Source of the DNA: Octopus bimaculoides
Taxonomy: Eukaryota
DNA: 54,571 nt
Assembly (NCBI RefSeq): GCF_001194135.2
Contig: NC_068987.1
Span: forward strand, 104,687,233-104,741,803
Direction: 5' to 3'
Both the position numbers and the translations under genes were made by a program. This document shows positions 39,498 to 51,555 of the stretch, in pieces. The notes below the pieces were generated by a model. That model worked only from the letters and a program-made list of their open reading frames with translations, was not told the DNA's origin and did not search any database. The stretch's first letter is position 1, and each line of letters starts with the position of its first letter.

Positions 39498-39538
39498 GAC
39501 ACCTGATGAAGGATGGAAGGTATATCAGCCGAAACGTA
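39498..39538 (+). ncRNA. Second, inverted hammerhead copy lacking the 3' strand of stem I
   Basis: gacac CUGAUGA a ggaug...cagcc GAAAC GUA followed by unrelated sequence. Confidence 0.5.
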
Positions 39539-40597
39539 CATAATTCCTCATCTCTTAAATATAGAACTGTAGTCCTTACTATCCAGAAAGATTTTCATTA
39601 TAAGTTTCTCCTTTCGTTTTCTACAAATCGCCATACAAACTTTTGGCTTTTAATTCTATTGTGCTTATCGGCACATTACGTCGACTCTGTTCTTCGATCC
39701 ATAAATTCAAGTGCCATCCATTTAAATCATTACACAAGATCTATCGAAAACTAAGATCCGAACAGTTGATGGAGTAACTTCTTGAGCATTTAATTTTCTC
39801 TCAATTGCCACATTTGTTCTTATTGCAAACGTTGCAATTGTTCACATTTTGGCAACGTGGCTGATTTTTCTCCCGCATCAAGCCTTTGTAAATTCTCGAG
39901 TTTACTATCCAGAGTAATCCTCTAACGTTTCCTTTTTGTACTACTGCCTTCAACCCCACTTAATGGTTTCTTTGTAGACGTTCTGAATCGTAAATAAACC
40001 CAAAAGTGGCCGAAGTCAGGGTTACTAGGTTGATGGACAATCGCCCCTTGCACCTCTGGCTCGAGACATAAAACTCCAAGCGTTGTTCCTTAGTGTTTGT
40101 GCCTATATTTCCAACAAATGAGATGTTGGTTTGGTTATGCCCTCGATAAAGAAAACAGACCGACTAAATAAGTACCAGGCTTAGAGTACTGGGGTTGATT
40201 TATTCAACCAAACCCTTCAAAACAGTGTCTCAGAATGGCTACGGTTCAATGATTGAAACAAGTACAAGAATTGAAGTACATAAACCATTTATCAGCATTC
40301 ACTCACACACACGTATTATATATCATATCTACACGGTCACCAGCAGTTGCTACGTGCAAATCGCGCATGCGATATTACAGCTTTTACCGCTTTGTTCATC
40401 TGTATTATTAAATGCATAATAATAAATCTTTGTAGCTACTTCGTCTAATAGCTTATTTGGGGATTGACAGGGATTAATTTAACTTGTGGTGTAATAGTTA
40501 ACATAGCTCTACTTTACCATTTACAGCAAATGCAGCGTTAGAATCCAACAAGCGATGTAACTACTTCTATTCAAATATATATGTATGTGTGTGTGTG

Positions 40598-40666
<69 letters not shown>

Positions 40667-40951
40667 ATGCATTCATATATGTATGGATATGTGTGGATGC
40701 TTCGTGATATTTAGATCACGTCTTTACTCTTTCAGTGTAAATCCCTGTAAGGTCTTAATAAAGTCGATAAAACAAGTATCATTAATAAATTCTGTCCTAC
40801 TATATTTATTATACCGTTTCCTTTTAGGACTTATATCTCTTGTAAAAACCAATAGACTGCAATCGAAATGTTAGAAATGAATATTATGGCAATTAAATGA
40901 AAATTTTGCAGAATAAGGGACACAACATTATTTAGATAGATAGATAGACTG

Positions 40952-41410
40952 AATACTCTTTTACTTGTTTCAGTCATTTGACTGCGGTCATGATGGAGCA
41001 CTGCCTTTAGTCGAACAAATCGACTCCAGATCTTATTCTTTGTAAGCCTAGTACTTATTTTATCGAGGTTTGCCGAACCGCTGTCGAATATTTTTCTCTT
41101 TTTCTTGTTTCAGTGATTAGAATGTGACTTCCTGAGGCACCACCATGGAGGTTTTTAGTCGAATAAATTGACCTAAAAAACCTACACTGGTTGTTAGGCG
41201 GGGTAGGGTGGGTAACAAGTACGAAGTTACATACACACACACACATATATGGCAGGTTTCTTTCAGTTTCCGTCTACCAAATTAACTTAAATGGCATTGG
41301 TCGTCCTAGGATTACGGTAGAAGACACTTGCCAAAAGTGCTGTACAGTGGGATTGAACTCCAGACCCAAGTGATTGCAGAGCGAGTTCCTTAACCAAACA
41401 GCCATGCCTA
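40952..41410 (-). mobile_element. Bipartite SINE: 5' half 41250-41410, (CA)n, and two 3'-half copies (41090-41225 degenerate, 40952-41082)
   Basis: 3' half ends ...cagtcaaatgactgaaacaagtaaaagag; 5' half shares gtagaagacacttgcc with other copies. Confidence 0.7.
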
Positions 41411-41669
41411 CTCCTATAGCCATGCCAGCAGACCATCTCTGAAGTGAATGTAAAATATAAGATTTAAGTTCGAATCCTTTTTTTTCTTTTAACATAGAAT
41501 GTTAAAAAGCCGAGTGAAATTTGGTAGATTTAAAAACCAGAAAATTTAGTCATGAACCTTTTCCGGTCAAATGCAGTGAACCTCGTTGTCTCTACATCTA
41601 GATTAAGTCAACAAAACAATGTTCTACGTTACATGGAATGTTATGGAAGGAGGAAATTGGCAATACATA

Positions 41670-41879
41670 ATCCTTTCTACTATAGGCACAAGGTCTGGAA
41701 TTTTGGGGGAGGCGACTAGTCGATAACATCAAGCCCCAGTGTTTCTCTGGTATTTAATATATCGACCCCGAAAGGATGAAAGACAAAGTCGACCTCGGCG
41801 GAATTTGAATTCAGAACGTAGCGACGGGCGAAATGCCGCTTAGTATTACGTGTTAACAATTCTGCCAGCACGCTGCCTT
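41670..41879 (-). mobile_element. SINE family A
   Basis: atcgaccccgaaaggatgaaagacaaagtcgacctcggcggaatttgaattcagaacg. Confidence 0.85.
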
Positions 41880-42225
41880 TTTTGGCAATACATAATTCTT
41901 TTCGGATCTTTTCCCTTTGAACGGCAGATCGAAAAATTAATTTTTGTAACTAAACACTTTAAAACTTCGGACATTGGTAGAATGTGTTATATAAAATATC
42001 TTTTACTCTTAGTGCTGTTAAGACAAGTTTATATTTTCAAAGTTATTTCGTGTTAAAGTAGTCGTACTTCGGTAATTTCAACCAATCAATGACGTGTATT
42101 CAGCTGAATAAAATTACTGCCATTCTTTCTAAATAATACTACTAAATCTTGAGCAATATGATCCTGTATATCCAATAAGTTAAAACAGTTGGTTTGCATA
42201 TTTATTTTATTATTAAATAACACTA

Positions 42226-42920
42226 AAGCGGCGAACTGGCAGAATCATTAGCGCGTTGGACAAAATGCTTAGCAGCATTCCCTCTGATTCTCTATGTGCT
42301 GAGTTCAAATTCCACCAAGGTTAATTTTGCCTTTTATCTTTTCGAGGTTGATAAAATAAATACTAGTTAAGTTCTGGGATCACTGTAATCGACTTGCCCC
42401 CTGCCCTCAAAATTGCTGGCCTTGTCCTCAAATTAGAAAGAATTATCAAGTAACATTTATCTTAGATTGTACATTACAATTTTCTCCTTCCACGGCATTC
42501 CATGCAACGTTCCACAATTTCTTGTTAACCAGACCAAAATGTTGAGCATCTGTTCCGGCTCTTTATGTTCAAGGTTCAATTCAGACTGAGATCAACTTTA
42601 CAGTACATCTCTCGGAATTCGAGAAAGTACCCGTCAGATATTGGGATTGAATGGTATGAACTACTCACCCTAGTCTCAAAATTTATGGTCACGTACCACA
42701 ATCAGGAACTATTTATTATTTAATCGTGTAACGGCGGCAAAATGCTTTACGGTATTTCGTCTGTCTTTACGTTCCGAGTTCAAATTCCACCGAGGTCGAC
42801 TTTGCCTTTCATCCTTTCGGGGTCGATAAATTAAGTACCAGTTGCGTACTGTGGTCGATTTAATCGACTGGCCCTCTCTCCCCAAAATTTCGGGCCTTAT
42901 GCCTAGCGTAGAAAAGTTTA
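42226..42920 (+). mobile_element. Cluster of three same-strand family A SINEs of differing age
   Basis: Heads or cores at ~42226, ~42540 and ~42732. Confidence 0.75.
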
Positions 42921-43871
42921 TCTAATTGTGTCTATACTGCTTTCTTTGATGATCCTTTTTGATCTTTGACTTTGAAAATTAAGAGATGGAATATCTTAAT
43001 GAAAATATATTAATTCAAAATTAATTTTGAAATATAATACATTTTTTATTTGCTTCCATCAGACATTTTAGTCATGCTGGAGTACCACCATTAATTCACA
43101 TGGCATAATTTTTTTTTTTTTTAAACTTTTATTGGACGCCTACTTTATATCATTTCACAATATAATTCTACAGTCAGATATACAAAGTTTGTTTTAAAAC
43201 TTACTATTATGTTTATTGATTAAATTTTAAATGATTTCACTTTAAAAGTTTATTCTCGAAAGCAAATCTTATATATTCGGGGGAAAAGACTTCTGATAAA
43301 ACATTTAAACAAACAAAAATAAGTAAACATTCAGGAAAAACAAATTAGCGACAGACTTTGACATTACTTGGGAAAATTACGGAAGGTATTTGAATTAAAC
43401 CAACAACAAAATAAATTAGCGACCTGGCAACGGGTTGACAAAAATCCTGTGTTGAATATATAAACAAATGTGACCTTTGCTGCGACTCGATCCATCGATA
43501 TCGTCCCAATTTATAACATCAACATATACCGTTACTGAGCAACTGCGAAATCTGTTCAAATAGACTGAAGCAGTCTCTAAACAAAATGGTAGGGTATTGA
43601 TCAAATCTCGAATCTAGACGAAAAGACACGTGTGAAGAATGTGCCGGTAAAGGAACAGTTTAATCCTTTGACCACGTTCATAAATGTAGACTCGTTGTAT
43701 TGATATGCTAATAAGAATGACCTTCGAGTAAATATATCTCTGCATTCGAGACAAATGTGTATCTGAACTGTTTTAGTTCCTATTATGAATAATGGCATGA
43801 TGACAGGTTGTCTTGCAATTGATTGATTCTGTTATCATAGAGTGTAACATATCAAAGGAGATCAAAATATT

Positions 43872-44068
43872 ATTTTCTACACTAGACACAAGGCCAGAAA
43901 TTTTGGGGGACGGGGTGGCCAGTCGGTTAGATCGACCCCAGTACGCAACTGGTACTTATTTAATCGACCCCGAAAGAATGAAAGACAAAGTCGACCTCGG
44001 CGGAATTTGAACTCAGAACGTAGTGGCAGACGACATACCGCTACGTATTTCTGCCAGCTGGCCGCCCG
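43872..44068 (-). mobile_element. SINE family A with 17-bp TSD and a head deletion
   Basis: aaggagatcaaaatatt at 43855-43871 and 44069-44085. Confidence 0.9.
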
Positions 44069-44089
44069 AAGGAGATCAAAATATTGAAT

Positions 44090-44360
44090 AGGTTTGGCTG
44101 TGTGCTTAAAAAGGTCGATTTGCAACCACATGATTCTGGGTTCAGTCCCACTGCGTGATACCTTGGGCGAGTGTCTTCTACTATAGCCCCGAGAAGATCA
44201 AAGCCTTGAGAATGACTTGTGTTTGAAGCCCATCGTATATAAAATGAGTAATCTTGCGACGGACTGGCGTCCCGTCCCGGTGGAGAATACATACGCCATG
44301 GAAACTGGGAAACCGACCCTCAAGAGTCTATGTGGCTCGAGAAGGGACTTTGCTTTGTAC
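44090..44360 (+). mobile_element. 5' half of bipartite SINE joined to a V-SINE-like segment
   Basis: After gcccatcgtata comes cttgcgacggactggcgtcccgtccc...gccatggaaactgggaaacc, resembling the V-domain motif (recollection, unverified). Confidence 0.5.
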
Positions 44361-44630
44361 CATAAATTAAGAAAGTCACTGAAACACTATCGAGTTGCAG
44401 TTTAAAACCAGGAGAGTGTCCTGATGGCATAGATTTGTTACAATAGCACAGTAACTAATTGCTGTATATATTATATAAATTAACCATAAGTGCTTTCACT
44501 AGAGCCACAAGTCATCGGATTTTTCATATTGTTAGAGCTCTGGTGATAGAGACGGTGGACTGGCCGAAAGAGTAGAGTGAAGAACAACTATCTTGCGGTA
44601 TTCAGTTACATCTTATGTTCTGCGTTAAAA

Positions 44631-44842
44631 AGACGTCGAGCTGGCAGAATCGTTAGCACGCCGGGCGAAATGCTTAGTGTATTTCGTCTGCTGCTACAGT
44701 CTGAGTTCAAATTTCGCCGAGATCGACTTTGCCTTTCATCCTTTCGGAGTCGATAAATTAAGTAGCAGTGAAACACTGGGGTCGATATAATCGACTATTC
44801 CCCTATCCCAAATTTCTGGCCTTGTGCCTATAGTAGAAAAGA
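44631..44842 (+). mobile_element. Full-length SINE family A with 18-bp TSD
   Basis: ttatgttctgcgttaaaa at 44613-44630 and 44843-44860. Confidence 0.9.
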
Positions 44843-45095
44843 TTATGTTCTGCGTTAAAATGTATCCGGGGTCGACTAATCAAATACTGGGGTTGATTAA
44901 AACGATTTGAGGCTTGTGCCTACGTTAAAAACTAATGTTTATAATTGTGAAGGGATGATGGAGAAGCTGAAACAGTATAGTACGAGACTAAATGCATTGC
45001 AGCATTTAGTTACGTAAATGTTCTGAGTTAGTAACCCGCAGAGATCTTGGCTTTTAATTCCTCCAGACGCGATAAAATAAGTGTCTGTAATATAT

Positions 45096-45485
45096 TGATT
45101 TTCAATTTTGGCACAAAACCAGTAATTTCGGGGGAGGAGTAAGTCGATTGCATCGACCCTGGCGCTCAGCTTGCACTTATTTTATCGACCCCGAAAGTAA
45201 GATGGGTAAAGTCGACCTTGGCGGAATTTGAACTCAGAACGTAAAGACGGACGAAATACTGCTCAGCGTTCATTTCTACTCTAGGCACAATGTCCGAAAT
45301 TTTGTGGGGAGGGACCAGTCGATTAGATCGATCCCGGTATGCAACTGGTACTTAATTTATCGACCCCGAAAGGATAAAAGGCAAAGTCGACCTCAGCAGA
45401 ATTTGAACTCAGAACGTAAAGACGGACGAAATACTACCAAGCATTTCGTCCGGCACGCTAACGATTCGGCCAGCTCGCCGCCTTC
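45096..45485 (-). mobile_element. Two tandem family A SINEs
   Basis: gcggaatttgaactcagaacgtaaagacggacgaaatact repeated at ~45221 and ~45396. Confidence 0.85.
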
Positions 45486-46635
45486 AGGATCTAACATGTT
45501 GCAATGGATCCGATCAACTATATCATCATTATATGCGCTTCCGCCAGACTACTTTAGAAGCAAAACAATTATATTTGTGCATCTGTCACCAAACCAAATT
45601 AAAATATGATCGCATCACCGAAGCAGCCCGCGCGCGGTCACTCGAAATGGTAGCTAAATGGTAGCCACGAGTCACACCTCGCTATCTAAAAACAAAAGGG
45701 AAAGAATTTTTTGAACAGTAAGTTCTTGGTATCCCCAAAAATACGGGATAGCCGTGGCTGGAACACCTTTCAAATTATGCTTAGCAAGTCGAGTAACATA
45801 CAGCAGCTCCTTTGTTATACAAGTTATTATGTTTGGTTATAAATCTATTGTTGTATTTCCTTGCGAAACAGTATGTATAAGAATCCTCCCTCCCCCATAT
45901 CTTTATTCCTAGTGACGTGAAGGTATAGAAGGGTTCTGATACATATGGTTTCTCTGTGGATATTATAAGTGAACATCAATGCAAGGTATTGCAATATTAT
46001 CAAACAAAACAAATGCTTTCGCAAACAAACCACAAAGCTTTCAATTTACTGACCCAAAACTTACGACACCTGTTCGTTTTAACTGAAAATATATTACTAT
46101 AGATATAAGAAATCTACTGATGTTGACAATGTGTTCGCTTGGCGGTTGCGGTGCGTTGTTTATCATTTGTTTTTCTTTTATACCTTCCACGGTCGACTTT
46201 CCGTTGTTTTTCGATAACGCACCTGCTAATGTTCTTCTTTGGTAAAGACGTCAAGAAGAAAAAAAGGAAAGAGAGGGGAAAAAAAGGGAACGACAAAAAA
46301 AAAAAAGAGAAAGAAAAAAGTTGTTATATCAAATAACTAATCAATAGAATTTCAAGAGTAGCACCTAAAAAAATAAGGTTATCGCAGTCATCTAAGTAAA
46401 GAACAAACATCAAGCTGTGCGACTGCTGAGATTTTACTCAGTTGTATACAGAGGGTGGGGTATGCAGATGAAGATATATGTAAAGGTGCCACAGTATCAT
46501 TTTTACATTGACGGGTTTGATTAAGACTTTTTGTTTTAAGCAGATACGGCCAAACAAATCTGATGAGAGTAGATACAATCAATAAATGGTTGAAAAGTCA
46601 CCAAATAAAGTATGAAAGAATATAATAGAGGATAT

Positions 46636-46824
46636 TTGTTGTTGGCACTCCGTCGCTTACGACGTCGAGGGTTCCAGTTGATTCGATCAACGGAACAGCC
46701 TGCTCGTGAAATTAACGTGCAAGTGGCTGAGCACTCCACAGACACGTGTACTCTTAACGTAGTTTTCGGGGATATTCAGCGTGACATGTGTGACAAGGCT
46801 GACCCTTTGAATTACAGGCACAAC
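46636..46824 (-). mobile_element. 5'-truncated OR-type SINE (tail only)
   Basis: Near-identical to 471-650; (AAC)n tail. Confidence 0.85.
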
Positions 46825-46825
46825 A

Positions 46826-47433
46826 GGATTATTCTTCCGACGGATCTCATTATACGGTGCCTAAGCTACAACATCATGTCTCATCGGTAGATAATACCGT
46901 GATGACATTTTTGGACAACTGCTTATGATGTGGATGATATATTCGGTGTTAACTCCACAAAGTCTATAACAGTTATCACATTTTGATGCTTTTCCTGCGC
47001 TTCTGTCTTTTTTGGACATCAGGTATTTCCTGAATTGCAAACGCATACTCTTCAAAGTAGGAGTTAGTAATCCGGTTGTTGGCCCATGATAGACTGTTTT
47101 GATTATCAGTGTTACTGTCATCCCGGATCTTTCTGCGGACATATCCATGCATGTCTTCTGCTGATATACGTCCAGCCTTTCATCTGATGATGCTTTTCGG
47201 TAGGGTCGTGCGGTTTCTTTGGGCATGTATTTAAGGTTATCAAATAAGGAATGTTGCTGCTTTCCAAGTCTCACGATGTTATCTGCCTCTCGTGTGTGGA
47301 AACTTGGTCAAGGAATCCACTACGACACTTAGTGCTTAAAAGATGTTGCCGAAGTGATATGATATGCCATTTGAAGACAGTCAGGGTCGATGTTAAGCCT
47401 CTGCCACCTTGTTTGCATTTCAGGTAAAGTCAA
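46826..47433 (-). mobile_element. R4/Dong-like LINE fragment (thumb to CCHC knuckle)
   Basis: RLYLKCKQGGRGLTS ... CYRLCGVNTEYIIHIISSCPKMSSRYYLPMRHDVVA (CxxC-x8-H-x4-C plus RHD motif). Confidence 0.9.
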
Positions 47434-48073
47434 AATAAAATTGAATATTAATAGTGTGTTTTTTTCTCTGAAGTGTTGCTTTTAAAACTGCTTATAATGT
47501 TTTCGTGCCTATGTAACTTATTTTCTTTTTCTGTCGTTCCTTTCACTCCGAGCTGTGTTTGAAAAATTTCAATTAACACGTGGCACACCAACTAATATTT
47601 TTGAATTCTTTTCAATGACATTTACTTTTGTTTTTGCTATATATCTCAATATTATGCAATTTCAATTTATATTCGCATGTTTGCACGAAACAGCGATTGA
47701 ATCCCGTATGTAGCTTCGCACAACTTGCACGCACGTTTGTGTTCGTATATGTATGTAATGACAAATGAATGGATGGATAGAGAGATGAATGGATGGACGG
47801 ATGGACGAAGGGACGGACGGACGGACGGACGGACGGACGGACGGACGGACGGACGGATGAATGGAGTGCAGGGAACCTGAAGGTATTCTATCCAAAGCAC
47901 TAAAGACTCGGATAATTTGCCATCTTTCCATCTATATTATATAATTTATCATCACTCATGATACTTATTGTCAATATGTTTATCCATAAACAAATATAAA
48001 GCGTATCAATCTATGTATATGTATGTTTGTATGTATGTATGTATCTATCTATATACACACATACATATGTATG

Positions 48074-48113
<40 letters not shown>

Positions 48114-48964
48114 NNNNNNNNNNNNNNNNNNNNNNNNNNNNNNNNNNNNNNNNNNNNNNNNNNNNNNNNNNNNNNNNNNNNNNNNNNNNNNNNNNNNNNN
48201 NNNNNNNNNNNNNNNNNNNNNNNNNNNNNNNNNNNNNNNNNNNNNNNNNNNNNNNNNNNNNNNNNNNNNNNNNNNNNNNNNNNNNNNNNNNNNNNNNNNN
48301 NNNNNNNNNNNNNNNNNNNNNNNNNNNNNNNNNNNNNNNNNNNNNNNNNNNNNNNNNNNNNNNNNNNNNNNNNNNNNNNNNNNNNNNNNNNNNNNNNNNN
48401 NNNNNNNNNNNNNNNNNNNNNNNNNNNNNNNNNNNNNNNNNNNNNNNNNNNNNNNNNNNNNNNNNNAGAAGTCGATTTTCAAATTTATCCTAAGCTTTCA
48501 AAGGTTATTGTCAAATGACTATTAAAAATTTATATAAATAGATCTTTGTTGAACGATGCCGTTTCAATTGGCAACTAAAGAAAAAAGCCACTATGCCAGT
48601 ACTGGCTCCAAAGGAAGTGAAGTAAGATAGAGATAAGATCGGGAGGAGGAGGAGGAGGAAGAAGAAGAAGAAGAGGAGGAGGAGGAAGAAGAAGAGGACA
48701 AGGAGGAGGACAAGTCTGCAGAAATGCAGTCAAATTACTTTTTATATTAGAATTGGTTGAAATACTGCAGCCAATGGAGCGACTAATTCCAGCTAAAAAC
48801 AGTTATTATGGTGTAATTAATTCTGAAATAGGTCAGCCAACCTTGTCAAATATTTGTTCGTGGACCTTTGACGTGCCTCATTGCTTTTTACCGTCTTTTA
48901 TAAACATTTAATACGAATAAGAAGGTTTTTGTTAAATATCGAATCTTGGCTTTTGTATTAAACT

Positions 48965-49060
48965 TCACCATTACTCCCACCATCACCACCATCACCTCCA
49001 TCACCACCACCATCACCACCATCACCACCACCATCACCACCATCACCACTATTATCATTC
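48965..49060. repeat. Degenerate (ACC/ATC)n trinucleotide repeat
   Basis: Visible repeat; (GAG/GAA)n also at 48644-48710. Confidence 0.85.
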
Positions 49061-49321
49061 TTCTCACTTTTTCATCCTCCCCACTCCATCCCCGTTATAT
49101 TTCCTTATTAATACACACACTATATTCTTCCTATGTTTCTAGTTTCCTTTTCTTTTTCCTCAAGATTTTTTCCTTGCTCATTATTTATATTTTCTTCAGT
49201 TCCTCTTCCCCCTTTACCGTCTGTTTTCTTGTTCTTGTTCTTTTCTATCTAAATCGCCAGAATTTCTCTCCTCTTCTCTCCCTATATTTCTCTTTCTCTT
49301 AGTTTCTCTCTCTCCCTTTCC

Positions 49322-49361
<40 letters not shown>

Positions 49362-50182
49362 AACACAGGCACTCTCTTTCCCTTCGACCTCATATTCACA
49401 AATAGTTTCAATCAATTTCCCAGCCTTTTCCATATTTTTCTTATCTTGATTTTTAATCAGTTTTACCTTTCCTTTTTACCATCATTACATATTCTATTTG
49501 TTTCTTCCAAAACCCCATTTGCTTTTTTCTTTGCAATAAAACCTCATTGCATTCTCCTTAATCTTCCTCTCCTGACACCCATCCTTACCCCCTTACTTAC
49601 ATATAGCAGCCTCTATTTCAGATTCCCGTTTCAAACGCCAACCCCAGTCAATATTGCTATGTCACCACACTGCATTGCCACCACAAAATTTTCTTGGTGA
49701 AAAGCTAAGGCCATAGTTACATGCCCTCATGTTTGCGGTATGTTGAACAATGCGAATAAGCCGCATCATTTATCTCTTCTTGTTTGGCAGAAGTGCTTCA
49801 AAGCAATAAAATTAATGACTACAAACAGTGTTATTTTTCAAATCTAATCTGTCTCCATCGACTCATAAGGCGTCTTCATGTCACTCTTCTTAAAGTTGAC
49901 TGATTCAGAAACTTCTGGGAAAATGGAAAAACAAAAACAAAAAAAAGCGAAAAAAAAACGAAAAAAATCATTTATAATTGAAAACAATCGCTAGAATACG
50001 AAGAGACTGGTGGTCGTCTGCAGAAAACAATTACAATAGAAGTAAAATCTAGTTACAGTAAAAACTAAAACCAGTTACAGTAAAAGCGAAAAAATGGAAT
50101 ATGTTAGGTTGCCGTAATCATATTATATACAAGGTTTCAGATATATTACCATGAAGATTTCTTCTATATGAACCATAAATAC

Positions 50183-50717
50183 AGAGTGTTCGGGATAAAT
50201 TTGATGATTTATTTTCGTTTGCTATTTTCAGGGAACAGCTTGATGTATTGGTGAACAGTCAACAATGTTAGAAAGCATAAATATTAAAGTTGTAGTTTAG
50301 AAAAAGTTAGCGGAGGACGTGGAGGATTGGAAACCATTTGAATATTGGGAAAGAGTTTCCTGTATCAGGATGATTCGCTCCGGGTATCAAAATTCCGACA
50401 TCTTGACTGCTGCTCAATACTCTATGGACACTGTAAACGCTGTAAAATGTGACTTGGACATCATGGAAACCAATTTCCTCCCAAACTTTGATAGTCTGTA
50501 GGTGTGTCTATCGTGAGGGTCATGTCATTCCACCCCATAGCTTTGAACAGGACGTTAGGCTCACTTCAGACGACTATGTGAAGCTACTGGAGACTGTGGT
50601 CAAACCTTGGCGGGAAGGGATTGTTGTAGTAGGATTCAGCGCTTTGCAATACCTCCGGAAAGAGTCAGAAGTGGTTGTCGGAGAATGCAATTTCACCAGC
50701 CCAGTTTCTGGCCTCTT
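50183..50717 (+). mobile_element. Internally deleted Tc1/mariner element (maT-like), truncated at the 3' side by a LINE
   Basis: TA|cagagtg left end at 50181; translation GHVIPPHSFEQDVRLTSDDYVKLLETVVKPW...DSALCNTSGKSQKWLSEN...FTSP. The DD37D class is inferred from motif resemblance; spacing cannot be counted. Confidence 0.75.
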
Positions 50718-51066
50718 AGATCCAATCCATCACTGGAACTGTAAAAATCTGTAAAACTTTCCGAAATTTATCATTTAAATATGTATGAACATGTCTAGAT
50801 ATGTAACTATATGCATGAGAATACATATATAAAACAGACAAATCTGCACATACATACATACATACATACATACATACATACATACATACATACCTTGTTG
50901 ATGTTGAAATTCCATTGAAGGAAACTTGGATCTAGGTTAGAAACCAGTTCTTTCTCTATTGGCAAGAAATCTTGAAATAAACTGAATAATGACATACATA
51001 CGTACAAACGTATATACATACATACATACATACACACGCACATACATACATACATACATACATACA

Positions 51067-51096
<30 letters not shown>
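50718..51096 (+). mobile_element. 5'-truncated R4/Dong-like LINE 3' end (ORF end, 3' UTR, (CATA)n tail)
   Basis: IQSITGTVKICKTF, then a UTR shared with 51263-51555; ends aatgacatacatac at 50991. Confidence 0.85.
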
Positions 51097-51098
<2 letters not shown>

Positions 51099-51555
51099 CT
51101 GAGCTATTGAGAAATCTGCAGTTACTCTGACCAGATTATAAGTTCAGGTTTATACCTGGAATTATTGGGGCACCGGGATATGGAACACACTGCCTAAATA
51201 CCAATCTTGGGAAATTAGGCTTCTCAAAACAAGAAAGGAGAAAGCTAATTCAAAGGTTACAGATCCAATCCATCACTGGAACTGTAAAAATCTGTAAAAC
51301 TTTCCAGAAGTTTATCATCTAAATATATATGAGCATGTCTGATATGCAACTATATACATGAAATACATACATAAAGCAAGGCATACAAATTTGCACACAT
51401 ACATACATACAAAAATACCCTGTTGTTGATGTTGAAATTCCAATGAAGGGGCCTTGAATCTAGGTTAGAAACTGACTCTTTATTGGTAAGAAATCTTGAA
51501 ATAAAACTGAACAATGACATACATACATACATACATACATACATACATACATACA
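51097..51555 (+). mobile_element. Second tandem 5'-truncated R4/Dong-like LINE 3' end
   Basis: ELLRNLQLL*PDYKFRFIPGIIGAPG...LGFSKQERRKLIQRLQIQSITGTVKICKTFQKFII*, the C-terminus of the RLE domain; tail gacatacatac at 51516. Confidence 0.9.

Larger units (their letters stand above)
39329..39570. mobile_element. Penelope-type inverted pseudo-LTR insertion with 75-bp palindrome and 11-bp TSD
   Basis: TSD agtccttacta at 39318-39328 and 39571-39581; arms 39381-39455 and 39463-39537 are reverse complements with 5 mismatches and a 7-nt loop. Confidence 0.85.
38385..39950 (-). pseudogene. pogo/Tigger transposase pseudogene (CENP-B-type HTH plus DDD domain), split by the 39329-39570 insertion
   Basis: TKRKR*RITLDSKLE..RLDAGEK; NLWIEEQSRRNVPIS..KAKSLYGDL; FLDSKDWFERFKKR; YNV(D)ET..KLMP..FISREE; SNKKA*MT; DNAS; VEYIPKNTTLPQPTDQGVI; FWKK..VIDNIA...KDIVTLA. 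Confidence 0.9.
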
